Of a DNA stretch of 64,000 nt, positions 26,733 through 36,627 are shown in pieces. The translations under genes were made by a program, and so were the position numbers. The number at the start of each line of letters is the position of its first letter. Positions within the stretch are counted from its first letter, which is position 1. The notes under the pieces are model-generated. The model was not told the origin of the DNA, made no database searches, and saw nothing but the letters and a program-made list of their open reading frames with translations. Origin of the DNA: an uncultured virus (IMG/VR IMGVR_UViG_3300027373_000191) (Duplodnaviria > Heunggongvirae > Uroviricota > Caudoviricetes); IMG/VR virus record IMGVR_UViG_3300027373_000191. One strand, given 5' to 3'.

Positions 26733-26921
26733 CTATTTTTCTTCATCAAGGCCATAGCTCAATAAAAGATCGTAAGCCTTTTTTCTTAAATTATTCTTTT
26801 CTTCTTTAGTAATAGTATCATCTCTTAAAGCTTCAAGCAATTGAAATATTAAAGAAGACAAATCTTTTATTATTTTATCATTATTGATATTAAATAATTT
26901 ACTAAGAATACTTTTAAACAT
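26733..26921 (-). CDS. small hypothetical protein
   Basis: 62 aa, GAGG RBS, operon position. Confidence 0.55.
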   Translation of the reverse strand: MFKSILSKLFNINNDKIIKDLSSLIFQLLEALRDDTITKEEKNNLRKKAYDLLLSYGLDEEK

Positions 26922-26941
26922 TTTATTTTACCTCTTTGTTT

Positions 26942-27349
26942 TTATTTTTGTTTTTCCTTTCTACTATCTTCATTCTTCATAACTTCTATCCATATAGGAG
27001 GAATGTTTTTGTGACCTCTCATTTTAACGTCATCCTTATCCCAAGCATCAGGATTTCTTCCACCATCAGATACACCGGCTTCATCAAGTTTATTTTCAAT
27101 AATATCTTCTGATTTTTTATTGCCTTTATTTTTCTCTAATAGTTGTTTTTCAGAGACCTCAAGGACTTCTCCTCTCTTCTCTTTAGTATTACTGTTTGTA
27201 TCAAATTGTTTTTGAGTGATCTCTAGAACCTCTTTATTTGATCTAGCAGGAATTTTTTTATTTAATTCCAAAAGTTCTTCTATTGTTTTGGAAATACTTG
27301 ATTCACTTCCAGCTATTATTACTTTTGAAACATCTACTCTAAAATCCAT
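26942..27349 (-). CDS. hypothetical charged protein
   Basis: 135 aa, AGGAG RBS. Confidence 0.65.
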   Translation of the reverse strand: MDFRVDVSKVIIAGSESSISKTIEELLELNKKIPARSNKEVLEITQKQFDTNSNTKEKRGEVLEVSEKQLLEKNKGNKKSEDIIENKLDEAGVSDGGRNPDAWDKDDVKMRGHKNIPPIWIEVMKNEDSRKEKQK

Positions 27350-27363
27350 TTTAAAACTCCTAA

Positions 27364-27792
27364 CTATCCTAAAAGAATAATTGCTTTTGGTCTACAAAAA
27401 TATAGACTCTCTATAAGGCTTTTATTTATCATTGATGCAGGATCTACGATTGCCACATCAAATCTTAATCCTGATATTTGATTCTTGTTTTGTATACCAA
27501 AAACCCTTTTTCTATTTATATCAAAAATATTAGCAAAATTTTCAGCCATACACACATTAAATGAAAATAAAACAGAATTATCATAATGCTTCATAATTTT
27601 ACTAGCAATTGTTGTATTCCCGCATCTTCTTGGCAATCTAAAAGATAGACGCCTATACTCATTATACTCTGCCTTCATGTCTCCATTAGATATTTCGCCT
27701 AAATCATACTTAAGTAACCAGTCTGTAATATTGATTATACTCTCCACAATACTGTCCTGAATTTCTTTTATTTCTTCTAATTTTTCTAACAT
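27364..27792 (-). CDS. small P-loop-like protein (terminase ATPase-like fragment)
   Basis: LPRRCGNTT degenerate Walker A, VAIVD Walker B-like. Confidence 0.55.
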   Translation of the reverse strand: MLEKLEEIKEIQDSIVESIINITDWLLKYDLGEISNGDMKAEYNEYRRLSFRLPRRCGNTTIASKIMKHYDNSVLFSFNVCMAENFANIFDINRKRVFGIQNKNQISGLRFDVAIVDPASMINKSLIESLYFCRPKAIILLG

Positions 27793-27828
27793 AGGAACAA
27801 CTCCTTTTTGGGCTTACGGGCCTTTTTT

Positions 27829-29559
27829 TTAACGGATTCCAGTTCTAACTGTAATAGTTCTTGGTAATTTTGTTCTTCCAGTAGCTCCAGTCATCATAGA
27901 ATGTATAACTCCACCCAAACAATCTGGAAGATCATCATTCGGAAAATCTTTATTATTAGGATTTTTACTTATCTTTGGCGGTGTTTTTGTCCAGTTTATT
28001 GTAATATTCTTTAATTCGCCTCTTAATTCGCTATCGTCTCTACATAGCGTTATTCTTTCTTGAATAAACAAATCTTTCATTGTTGAATATATTTCGTTTT
28101 TATTTGCTCCATTGAACGATATACTTCTGAAATTTATATTAGATTTTCTTAATTTCTTTTGTTGTTCAAGAGAAAACATGGAATCAAATGTTACAGATAC
28201 TATACGAAAAGACTTAAATAAAGGAAGAATATGAATATCCATGATATCATCTGGATCAATAACTCCTCCGGGAGGAGCAGTAAAAACTAACGATAAATCT
28301 TCAATAACATGCATCGTGTTTTTACGTGCTTCAGTATCATATTTATATTCCGGATGAGCAATCATTAATGCATATCTATCTGAATTGCTTGCTGGATCAA
28401 TATGCATATAATATTCATAGTTTGTTAATCCTGTCTTATGCATATACCAGTTTTCCCTCCGATTGAAGGCAAGATCAATCAGCTCAGTAGGTAAAAATGC
28501 ATTTCCTGCGGAAGAACGAAACATAGCACCATATTCGGCCATGGCTCTTTCTTCATTCCCTTCAATAGCATCTTTAAATGTTTCTTTTGTGAATCTTGGA
28601 TTAGCATCCCATGTAGGAAGTTGAAAAAGCATCATTGAATCAAGGTCTTTAGCATTATTGTAATGATCCCAAAAGAATCCATGAGGCAAATCAGGAGAAG
28701 ATATTACTATATTTCTTCCATCTCCAAAAGGCTTGAATGTAGCTGTAGAAGGGGATAGTGCTTGATATACTTCCTCTGCCGAAGCTTTCCCGTCAGAAGT
28801 AACATAGTGAGCCATCTCATCATATATGACAGCAGCAACAGTATGACCACGAAGAGCGGCTGAGTTAGAGTTTCCACTAGCAACAACAACAGAACCATCT
28901 TTTGGTCTTCCACCAACTTTTTTTATCTTTTCATTTTCTTCTAAATCAGCGTCTGTATATAAATATATTGAATTTACAGTCTCTTTTGCTATTCTTCCTT
29001 CAAATACAGGGCATTTATGAATAAACTCTCTTAAGGCACTAAAAATGATTGTTTGAGCCTGTTCTGCATTAACGGCTGTATTTATAATCCAAATACTTGT
29101 CCCAGAGCTAATTTCGTAAAATTTCTGTGGATTTTTCAAGCATATTAATTTATATGCCTCATAACTAGCGATTAATGAAGAGATATACGATTTACCAGAA
29201 CGTCTTCCTAAAATCAACACTAAATCAGAAAACCAAGAATTTTTATCAACAATATTCTTGTTATATGCTTTTAATTTATTTTTTTCACCATTAAAAATCC
29301 AACTTTGTTCAAGTTCCCATCCCTTTATGACTGTTAAATCATACTCTGTTATTCTTAAATCTTCATTGAATTTAGTCCCAGCATAAAAAAACTTTAATAT
29401 TATTTTTTGAGAATCAAATAATTTTTCACCAACCAATTTTTCTGCATAATCTATTATGTTTAATGGTTTTGCTGAATATTTTTCTTTTAATTTTTCTTTT
29501 TTAAAACTCTGAAAAATATCTTCTGGATCTATAAAAGGGTTTTTATTACGTAGAGACAT
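27829..29559 (-). CDS. terL: terminase large subunit
   Basis: Walker A GRRSGKS, Walker B VIYDEMAH, motif III ISSP, nuclease HIDPA and DDLPD. Confidence 0.92.
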   Translation of the reverse strand: MSLRNKNPFIDPEDIFQSFKKEKLKEKYSAKPLNIIDYAEKLVGEKLFDSQKIILKFFYAGTKFNEDLRITEYDLTVIKGWELEQSWIFNGEKNKLKAYNKNIVDKNSWFSDLVLILGRRSGKSYISSLIASYEAYKLICLKNPQKFYEISSGTSIWIINTAVNAEQAQTIIFSALREFIHKCPVFEGRIAKETVNSIYLYTDADLEENEKIKKVGGRPKDGSVVVASGNSNSAALRGHTVAAVIYDEMAHYVTSDGKASAEEVYQALSPSTATFKPFGDGRNIVISSPDLPHGFFWDHYNNAKDLDSMMLFQLPTWDANPRFTKETFKDAIEGNEERAMAEYGAMFRSSAGNAFLPTELIDLAFNRRENWYMHKTGLTNYEYYMHIDPASNSDRYALMIAHPEYKYDTEARKNTMHVIEDLSLVFTAPPGGVIDPDDIMDIHILPLFKSFRIVSVTFDSMFSLEQQKKLRKSNINFRSISFNGANKNEIYSTMKDLFIQERITLCRDDSELRGELKNITINWTKTPPKISKNPNNKDFPNDDLPDCLGGVIHSMMTGATGRTKLPRTITVRTGIR

Positions 29560-30253
29560 CTTCTATATCTATCCCCTCCTCTCCATCTTGGGGCATAGGA
29601 ATTCCCATCAATTCTGCTATTCTTTCTTGTGCTTCAGGCATATCACTAAGAGACTTAAACATATCATTAATAACTACATTCATGTAGTTCTTCATTTGAT
29701 CTTTTGCTTCTTCTTCTGTTTTTCCTAAACCAAGGGCATCTCTTTCCATTTGCTCATAAGATTGATATGACTTAGCGAGAGTGGAAATTGTTTTTGCTAA
29801 TTGTGCATAGTTGGTCTTGTCTTCTTTTGTAACTAAATTATCTTTTTTACTAACAAAACCATCGATCATTAATTCCAAAAGCATCTGTTTTATCATTGAT
29901 GTTTGACTGATCGGTGATGTTTTTTTAAACGAAGATACACGTTCAGATAAATCATTCATTTTCTTCTGTCTAATAACTACATATCCTTTGACGAATGGTT
30001 CAACATGCTCTTTTATATGAGTAGTCCATCTTTCGTCAGATATTTTTCTTCTAAACTTATTATAAAACCATTTTTTTGTTATTTCAATATTACTATCATT
30101 ATCGTAATATTTTTCGGTAATAAGGCTACACGCAGCATGCTTACATAGAGGGCACCCTTCAACAATACCATCTCTTCCAATGATACTAACGGATGTTGAC
30201 TCTTCGACATTATTTTGAATGTCTTCTATTTCTTTATCAAAATCTTCGGGCAT
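29546..30253 (-). CDS. probable terminase small subunit
   Basis: Overlaps the terL start; CPLC...H..EH N-terminal motif, helical oligomerisation-like region, acidic tail. Confidence 0.6.
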   Translation of the reverse strand: MPEDFDKEIEDIQNNVEESTSVSIIGRDGIVEGCPLCKHAACSLITEKYYDNDSNIEITKKWFYNKFRRKISDERWTTHIKEHVEPFVKGYVVIRQKKMNDLSERVSSFKKTSPISQTSMIKQMLLELMIDGFVSKKDNLVTKEDKTNYAQLAKTISTLAKSYQSYEQMERDALGLGKTEEEAKDQMKNYMNVVINDMFKSLSDMPEAQERIAELMGIPMPQDGEEGIDIEDVST

Positions 30254-30265
30254 AATTATTCCTTT

Positions 30266-30877
30266 TTAAAACATCAGGTCAGTCGTCTCTTTTGGTTTTG
30301 ATTTTTTAGCCAATTTAATGTCGCCCTTCTCTTTCTGAGCATGACTTCTGATCGTGCAAACTGGCCAAACTCCGAATAGTTCTTGTTCTAATTCTTCTTT
30401 TCTACCAGAAGAAGACTCTTCCTTTGTTAAAGAAAATGCGGAATTAGAAATAATTAAATTATCAACCAAAGGAGTAATTTCACTAACAACTTCATCAATA
30501 AAAGTTTCTGAAAAATTATCTCTTGCTATTAATATACGATTTACTACGCCAGAATATCTTTTAGAAGCATATTTTTCAAAATATTCATCCAAAACATCTT
30601 TTGATGCATTTTTTATTGTATTTTTAATAGTTCCAATAACATCATTGATCGATTTAGGCGGATCAATAAAAATATAATTTTCTGGCATCTTATTAAATGC
30701 TGTCGCCGCTAATTTAGATGATAGCTCGGAGTCACATCCTTCTACTTTAAGAATTTCTTTTATTTCATTTTCTTCAAGCCCCATTTCTGCATATTTTGAG
30801 GCAGAAAATTGATGCTTTTCTATATAATTACAATTTTCATCATCTTTCATCTTTTTGAAGCTTTCATAAAGGTCCAT
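30266..30877 (-). CDS. hypothetical protein
   Basis: 203 aa, GGAG RBS. Confidence 0.65.
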   Translation of the reverse strand: MDLYESFKKMKDDENCNYIEKHQFSASKYAEMGLEENEIKEILKVEGCDSELSSKLAATAFNKMPENYIFIDPPKSINDVIGTIKNTIKNASKDVLDEYFEKYASKRYSGVVNRILIARDNFSETFIDEVVSEITPLVDNLIISNSAFSLTKEESSSGRKEELEQELFGVWPVCTIRSHAQKEKGDIKLAKKSKPKETTDLMF

Positions 30878-30887
30878 TTCAAATCTC

Positions 30888-32231
30888 CTATTTATTATTT
30901 TTTATAATATTCCATTTATTAATTGTTGATTTTTTCTTAATACTATTAATGTTCGATGCTGTCGGTTCTGTCGGTTCTGTCTGTTCTGTCGGTTCTGTAG
31001 CTGAGATTTCTTCATTTGGATTCTCATATTTCATTTCAATTCCTGATAATGTTTTATTTAATTTATCTATTGCAGTCTGTAAAAATTCAAAATTCTTATT
31101 TATTATTTTATCAATTCCTTCGTCATCATTAGCTATTCTCTTAATCTCTTTAACAAAAATTCTTGAATCTTTGTATACTTTTTTTAAATAATCTTTTAAA
31201 TTTTTTATATTTTCTAGTGTATCTTCAGACAATTCAGGAGTAACTGGAGCTGTCGGAGAGGCTGGGCGAGAAGAAGGGGCACCTGTTGAAGGAGAATTTC
31301 CTCCTGATGATGCAGGAGCCATTGTAGAAGTTCCTCCACCAGTAGATTCGGTTTGTTGTTGTGACTCTTGATATGCAGAAAATGGGTATAAAATACTATT
31401 CATATATTTTATAGCTTGAATTTGATTTTTATTCAGTCCATTATATGAAGAAAGATTATTTATCTTATTATATAAATTTCCAAATTCCATGTATATATCG
31501 TGTATTTTTTGAGGGAGGTTTTCCGCTTGATTCATTTTGTTCATTTTCTGAGACATAGCGGGGTCACTAACATATTTATTCCACATATTAGAAAAGAAAT
31601 TTGGAGCAGAAGTCACTATTTTATCGGAAGAACTAGCTGTTGTTCTTGTTAAAAATCCAAGGTATTTTTCTATTTCTTTAAGGACTTTGCTGAATTTTAT
31701 ATAATAATTATTACCGTAGCTTCCTGTCTCTTTTTTGAAATTTTCTAAATTTTGTTTTAATGCAACAATGTCTATAGTTTCTATTTCTGATATAGATGAA
31801 TAAAGGTTTTTTATTGGAGCTGTGATTACAGGAGTCTCTGTAGAAGCAGGAGTCTCTGTAGAAGCAGGAGTCTCTGTAGAAGCAGGAGTCTCTGTAGAAG
31901 CAGGAGTCTCTGTAGAAGCAGGAGCCTCTGATTTGTTTTTTATTATTTCTGTTGCTTTTGATTCTAATTTTTCTAGTGATTTACTCAGTTCTTCATTTTT
32001 AAGAACTACTGATTCTAAACTTGGATCTTCAATAATACCTTTTATTATCTGTAATGTTTTTTTTGGATCACTCTCTAGAACTTCTAAAGCTTTATTTAAT
32101 CTTCCATTAATAGTATTAATGGCACTGTCGAGAAGTTCCTTATCACCGCCTAATTTTATATTATCAGCAAATGACTTAAGCCAGTCTCCGTTTAAAAGTG
32201 GATAATTATCTTTATCTCTATAAAATGTCAT
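30888..32231 (-). CDS. hypothetical protein with PASTET and EPT repeats
   Basis: 447-aa ORF of helical blocks joined by P/S/T-rich linkers. Confidence 0.7.
   Translation of the reverse strand: MTFYRDKDNYPLLNGDWLKSFADNIKLGGDKELLDSAINTINGRLNKALEVLESDPKKTLQIIKGIIEDPSLESVVLKNEELSKSLEKLESKATEIIKNKSEAPASTETPASTETPASTETPASTETPASTETPVITAPIKNLYSSISEIETIDIVALKQNLENFKKETGSYGNNYYIKFSKVLKEIEKYLGFLTRTTASSSDKIVTSAPNFFSNMWNKYVSDPAMSQKMNKMNQAENLPQKIHDIYMEFGNLYNKINNLSSYNGLNKNQIQAIKYMNSILYPFSAYQESQQQTESTGGGTSTMAPASSGGNSPSTGAPSSRPASPTAPVTPELSEDTLENIKNLKDYLKKVYKDSRIFVKEIKRIANDDEGIDKIINKNFEFLQTAIDKLNKTLSGIEMKYENPNEEISATEPTEQTEPTEPTASNINSIKKKSTINKWNIIKNNK
30959..30998. repeat. 9-bp tandem repeat (~4.4 copies) encoding TEP
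   Basis: CTGTCGGTT x4, one variant copy. Confidence 0.85.
31829..31930. repeat. 18-bp perfect tandem repeat x5 plus a partial copy, encoding PASTET
   Basis: CAGGAGTCTCTGTAGAAG repeated with no spacers. Confidence 0.95.
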
Positions 32232-32866
32232 TTTAAATTTCTCCCAGTAGTCTTATATTCATATGCCTTTTCTACATATTTTTTTCCCTTCTCAGTATCT
32301 TTTCTTATTCCGTGATAAGAATTCCTCATTTTTTTATAAGATTCAAACAATCTGTCTTGAAAAGTATCAAACCTTATATCCAATAAATCAGCACATCTCC
32401 ATATTGTCATCCCATAATAAAAATACATAACTATAGCTTGAAGTTGTTTTGGAGTAAAAATTTTTGTTATATTTCTTATTTTTTTCTTATTTTCTATTCT
32501 TCTAATGTCTGGTTTCTTATTTATAATCAAACTTTCTATAGCCTGAAGACTAATTGTTTCTTTGTCGGAAAGTCTATGCTCTTTTTTTATATCTTCTATC
32601 ATCATCGTTATTATATTACTTTTTAAAAAATAACTAAATCCAATATCACTTCCAAAACTATATTTAGAGATTATTCTCCAAAAGAAAATATAAAATTTTT
32701 GAAAAATATCAAATTCTGCAAATTTTAAAAATTTATATACCTTTTTAAATGAAAACATAATATCTTTCAATAAAGGTCTATATATCCTCCAAAGTTCATT
32801 AAAAGCTGTTTTATTGCCTATTTTCGCTTCTATTAACAGCCTGTCAATATACTTATCTGGTGTCAT
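32228..32866 (-). CDS. divergent sigma-70 family factor
   Basis: AKIGNKTAFNELWRIYRPL (region 2-like), FSYFL, FTPKQLQAIVMYFYYGMT..CADLL (region 4 HTH). Confidence 0.75.
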   Translation of the reverse strand: MTPDKYIDRLLIEAKIGNKTAFNELWRIYRPLLKDIMFSFKKVYKFLKFAEFDIFQKFYIFFWRIISKYSFGSDIGFSYFLKSNIITMMIEDIKKEHRLSDKETISLQAIESLIINKKPDIRRIENKKKIRNITKIFTPKQLQAIVMYFYYGMTIWRCADLLDIRFDTFQDRLFESYKKMRNSYHGIRKDTEKGKKYVEKAYEYKTTGRNLK

Positions 32867-33342
32867 TTTTCAATTTTTGAAAAAGCATAACAAATTCCAA
32901 CAGCATCTGCCTCATGTTCTGAAGATATAGTTTTCTTCTCTAGCAAAAACTTATCCATCACTGCTTTTTTCATCTGGACTTTTGTTGCTTTTCCACTCCC
33001 AGTAATTAATTTTTTTGCCGTTGATGGAGATATTTCTGTTATATTTAATCCATTACGGACTGCAACTAATTTTATAACTCCAATTGTTTCATATATTTGA
33101 GACATTACAAACGGTTTACCAAATTGAGTACGTTCAAAAGCGACTTCTTTTACTTCATATTTATCAATACATTCTTGCATAACTTTTTCTAATTCAACGA
33201 ACCTTCTGTCCTTTGTTTCCTTATCAACATTAAAAACAATCGTTGTTTTGTATATTATTTCTATTTTATCTAGATACACTTCTGCAATACATAATCCAAG
33301 ATTTTTAAAACTAGCTGGATCTAGTCCCATGGCGATTATCAT
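32863..33342 (-). CDS. ruvC: Holliday junction resolvase RuvC
   Basis: MGLDP, VAFE, SPSTAKKLITGSGKATK.Q, HEADAVGI. Confidence 0.92.
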   Translation of the reverse strand: MIIAMGLDPASFKNLGLCIAEVYLDKIEIIYKTTIVFNVDKETKDRRFVELEKVMQECIDKYEVKEVAFERTQFGKPFVMSQIYETIGVIKLVAVRNGLNITEISPSTAKKLITGSGKATKVQMKKAVMDKFLLEKKTISSEHEADAVGICYAFSKIEK

Positions 33343-33379
33343 AATTTTTTCTCCTTACGCCATGGCTTCGAATTACGAT

Positions 33380-33421
33380 AAAAAAAAGGCGTATAATAAG
33401 TTTATATTCTTAATATACGCC
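33380..33421 (-). terminator. rho-independent terminator
   Basis: GGCGTATA.TAAG...CTTA.TATACGCC stem followed by T8 on the minus strand. Confidence 0.6.
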
Positions 33422-33449
33422 AAAATCTAAAATTTAAAATATAAAAATT

Positions 33450-34451
33450 TTAACAAATTGTATTCAATAGCTTTGTTATCGAAAAATGATGAGAAAATTC
33501 ATCTAAAATACATGATTTCATGGCCTCTTCAATTGCACTTATCCCTAATGCATAATATTCTGAAGTGTTATTTCTATAAATATCTTCATAATAATATAAC
33601 CTATTAGCTACTTTATTTCTATCTTGAACCTCTCCTTTTTTAATTTTATTATCTACAATAAAATCTGCCACAGAATATCTGTCTTTATATCCAGATTCAT
33701 ATGCCGCGCAACAGAAAAAAAGAAAAGTAAATTGTTCTAATAATGCATAAAGAAACATCATCGAATATTCATTTATATCAAGAGATAACTCCATTTCATG
33801 GAATATTTCTATGGCTTTTTTTTTGTCTTTTTTCTTAATACAGTCCATTAGAGATTCTGTTTGCGGATTATTAGCACTAGGAATAAGAGATTTTACCTCT
33901 TCTAATGATTCTGGTATTTCTCCACCAAAATATGTCTTTAGTTTAACAATTTCATTTACTGTTTTTCCATAATCAAAATCACATGTACTAAAAATAACCT
34001 CAAAAAGATCATCTGAATTTTTCCAATCAAGAAAACCTTTAATAAGGTTCCTAGCAAACCCAATGGCTTTTTTATCGGGGATTTTACCAGACCAAATTAA
34101 AGGATATTCTTCAATATATTCCTTGAAATTTTTATATTCAGACGATCTTCCATCTACTGATTCTTGTATCAAAATAACAATCTTATTATCTGGTAAATTT
34201 TCTAATAGATATTTTGATTTTTTTGGGTCAGGCATCTTTCCATCGATGACAACAACTAGGTCTTCTGACCCAAATAAATTATGTGTTTTTAACATCGATG
34301 CTAGGATATCGACAGATACCTCTTCATCAATATATTTAACACTACAGTCTTTCCCTCTTCTTTCTCTGAATTTTTTAATTATTTCTTTCTTTCGCTCAAC
34401 ACATACGAACCTGTCTCCAGTAAGCCAAAAGAAATTATTTTCAGATCCCAT
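33450..34451 (-). CDS. holA: DNA polymerase III delta subunit-like
   Basis: FWLTGDRF, NLFG..LVVV, DGRS, NEIVKLKTY; adjacent to the beta clamp. Confidence 0.75.
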   Translation of the reverse strand: MGSENNFFWLTGDRFVCVERKKEIIKKFRERRGKDCSVKYIDEEVSVDILASMLKTHNLFGSEDLVVVIDGKMPDPKKSKYLLENLPDNKIVILIQESVDGRSSEYKNFKEYIEEYPLIWSGKIPDKKAIGFARNLIKGFLDWKNSDDLFEVIFSTCDFDYGKTVNEIVKLKTYFGGEIPESLEEVKSLIPSANNPQTESLMDCIKKKDKKKAIEIFHEMELSLDINEYSMMFLYALLEQFTFLFFCCAAYESGYKDRYSVADFIVDNKIKKGEVQDRNKVANRLYYYEDIYRNNTSEYYALGISAIEEAMKSCILDEFSHHFSITKLLNTIC

Positions 34452-35671
34452 TATTGTTCTACCACACTTGTTATGTATCTAAAACTATCCTTATTATTCA
34501 AAACTTCTACTGGTTTTCCGGGATCAGATACCCTAAAAGTAATAACATCACTTGAGCTACGGCTTACAATATCCTTCAAACTATCGATAGTAAGCATAAT
34601 ACTGTCATTAAAGCTTCCTTCAAAATCTTCCATAACATCAGATTCTTCATAATCTGTTCTAATAACTCCACCAGCTTCAACTTTAGCAATAGAAAATGTG
34701 ATTTTTTTATCTTCTGTATTAAATGTTATTTTGATTCCAAACTTTCCACCAGAAGAAAGTGTAGCTGTCTTAATACAATCCATAATTGTATCTTTTGATA
34801 TCTTTACTGTAAATCTATCTTCGTTAGAAATAGAAGCTGCAAGAGACCTCCAATCGGGCATAGAATCACTAGAAAAAACTACATTAGAGATAATATGTTC
34901 TTGATTTCCCTGACAAATTCTTGTTCTTTTTTCTCCAACATAGAAATCTACTTTCGATGTAAGAGAAAGATTCTTCAATGCAGCAATAAGAGCAGATTTT
35001 TTAGGGGTAAACTGTACACTATCTGAATGCGTTGCTCCTATTTCGTCGTAATAACAAATTCTTTCTCTATCAGTAGCACATGCAGAGATTTCTCCGTCTC
35101 TTACTTCAATTTGTACTCCCCATAAATGTTGCTCGTTTTCATTCGATCCTGAAGCGAATTCAACAGAGTTTACGGCATCATATATTTTATTTGCAGCAAT
35201 AGATATATGCTTAACGTCCTCGTCTGCTGGCTTGTCTTCAAAATTATCTGGCGACTTCAAAAGAAAACCATTCTTTTTTACCCTTTCTTTCTTTCCTCTT
35301 TCACACAATACCCTAAGAAACGAATCGGATCTATCTCCCTTCTCTACAGTTTCTGTTGTAAACTTAACTATTCTTTCATTTGGATAAGTAAACATGATAT
35401 TAATAAATTCATGAACATCAACATATACTTCTCCTTCTTGACTTATTCCAAAAAAATTCTCAGTAGAATCAAAATCAGAGAATGTATCGGAATTTATTTT
35501 TGAATAAGCCCAATTAACATAGTTTGTAGTAGTAAATTCCAATGCTCCATCTTTTGCTTTTATCTTTAAAATTGAAAGAGATTCGTCCTCTGGCTTTCCT
35601 AATGCCTTTGAATCTTTTATTGATTTTAAAGCTATTTCTAATTCATTTTTTCTTACATAAAACTCCATCAA
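34451..35671 (-). CDS. dnaN: DNA polymerase III beta sliding clamp-like
   Basis: MEFYVRKNEL, LEFTTTN, VEFAS...LWGV, ACATDRERI, MPDWRSL, PGKP. Confidence 0.8.
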   Translation of the reverse strand: MMEFYVRKNELEIALKSIKDSKALGKPEDESLSILKIKAKDGALEFTTTNYVNWAYSKINSDTFSDFDSTENFFGISQEGEVYVDVHEFINIMFTYPNERIVKFTTETVEKGDRSDSFLRVLCERGKKERVKKNGFLLKSPDNFEDKPADEDVKHISIAANKIYDAVNSVEFASGSNENEQHLWGVQIEVRDGEISACATDRERICYYDEIGATHSDSVQFTPKKSALIAALKNLSLTSKVDFYVGEKRTRICQGNQEHIISNVVFSSDSMPDWRSLAASISNEDRFTVKISKDTIMDCIKTATLSSGGKFGIKITFNTEDKKITFSIAKVEAGGVIRTDYEESDVMEDFEGSFNDSIMLTIDSLKDIVSRSSSDVITFRVSDPGKPVEVLNNKDSFRYITSVVEQ

Positions 35672-35693
35672 ATATCTCCCTTATTTTCTATTG

Positions 35694-36395
35694 TTAGGCA
35701 AAATTTTCCCCAACTATGTCTTCTACTTTTTTCTTAAATTCTGGACATTCAGCAATCATTTTATCATACCAATGTTTTTTACATAATGAAATATAATTCT
35801 CATCGCCGGGTATAAAATCATCAGGAATAAAATTCTTCATTCCAGTCATTGTTGCATTATCGTTTTTAGAGAAATCACAAATCGCTCTTAATTTATAAAC
35901 ATTGTCTGCTAAAGACAATGCTTTAGCCATAGCTGCCATAGGGACTCCACTATGAGACAAATCTAATCCCGCAACAATTATTTCTATTTTATGAGCAGAC
36001 CAATGATGAAATAAAGGAGCAATATCTTCATCTTTGTCGAAAAAATGGAATTCATCAAAAATAATGGTATCTAAATCATAGATCCACCCACTTTTACCTA
36101 TGAACCTTTTTTTTTCTATTATTTTTTGAGCATCTTTTAAATTTTTTATTAAAAAAACATTTTCAGATAATGACGATCCATTCCTAGATATAATCTTATT
36201 TTTATCTCTAGAGTCGGCTTCTGGCTTAAAGGCAAGATATTTTTTACCTTTTTTATTTTCTTCTTCTATTGTTTTGATTAGATAGGCACTTTTGTGACTT
36301 CTCATAGGTCCAGTTACCGCTGTTATTTTACCATAACTTTCCATATATATTTTCCTTTGAATCTTAAACAAGTGTGGGCAGATTCTTCTGCCCAC
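35694..36395 (-). CDS. tdk: thymidine kinase (true start probably the internal MESYGK)
   Basis: TGPMRSHKS, FKP..DSR, FDEFHFF, VAGLD, KLRAIC, Y.SLCKKH. Confidence 0.9.
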   Translation of the reverse strand: MGRRICPHLFKIQRKIYMESYGKITAVTGPMRSHKSAYLIKTIEEENKKGKKYLAFKPEADSRDKNKIISRNGSSLSENVFLIKNLKDAQKIIEKKRFIGKSGWIYDLDTIIFDEFHFFDKDEDIAPLFHHWSAHKIEIIVAGLDLSHSGVPMAAMAKALSLADNVYKLRAICDFSKNDNATMTGMKNFIPDDFIPGDENYISLCKKHWYDKMIAECPEFKKKVEDIVGENFA

Positions 36396-36408
36396 ACTTA
36401 TGTTTTAA

Positions 36409-36627
36409 TTAACTCTTATACTTATTGGCCCAAGGAGCATCAATGGCCCCAAGTCTTCCAAGTTTCTTATAACAGGCGTCAGGAGAGACTCCCTTAAGTC
36501 TCCTAGAAATCTTGTAGTATTTGTTTTCGGTGTCCTTGTATGTTTCAAACCATCTTAGAAGGCTACTTGTCTTTCTTTCTGTCCAAACCGATGTTTTTGT
36601 TTTGTTAGTCATAATTATTTTCTCCAT
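36409..36627 (-). CDS. small Myb/HTH-like protein
   Basis: WTE....L...ISRRLKGVSPDACYKK. Confidence 0.45.
   Translation of the reverse strand: MEKIIMTNKTKTSVWTERKTSSLLRWFETYKDTENKYYKISRRLKGVSPDACYKKLGRLGAIDAPWANKYKS

Noticed and set aside
31829..31930. Direct repeats as a CRISPR array
   Set aside because: Units are contiguous with no spacers, 18 bp long and in frame within a CDS
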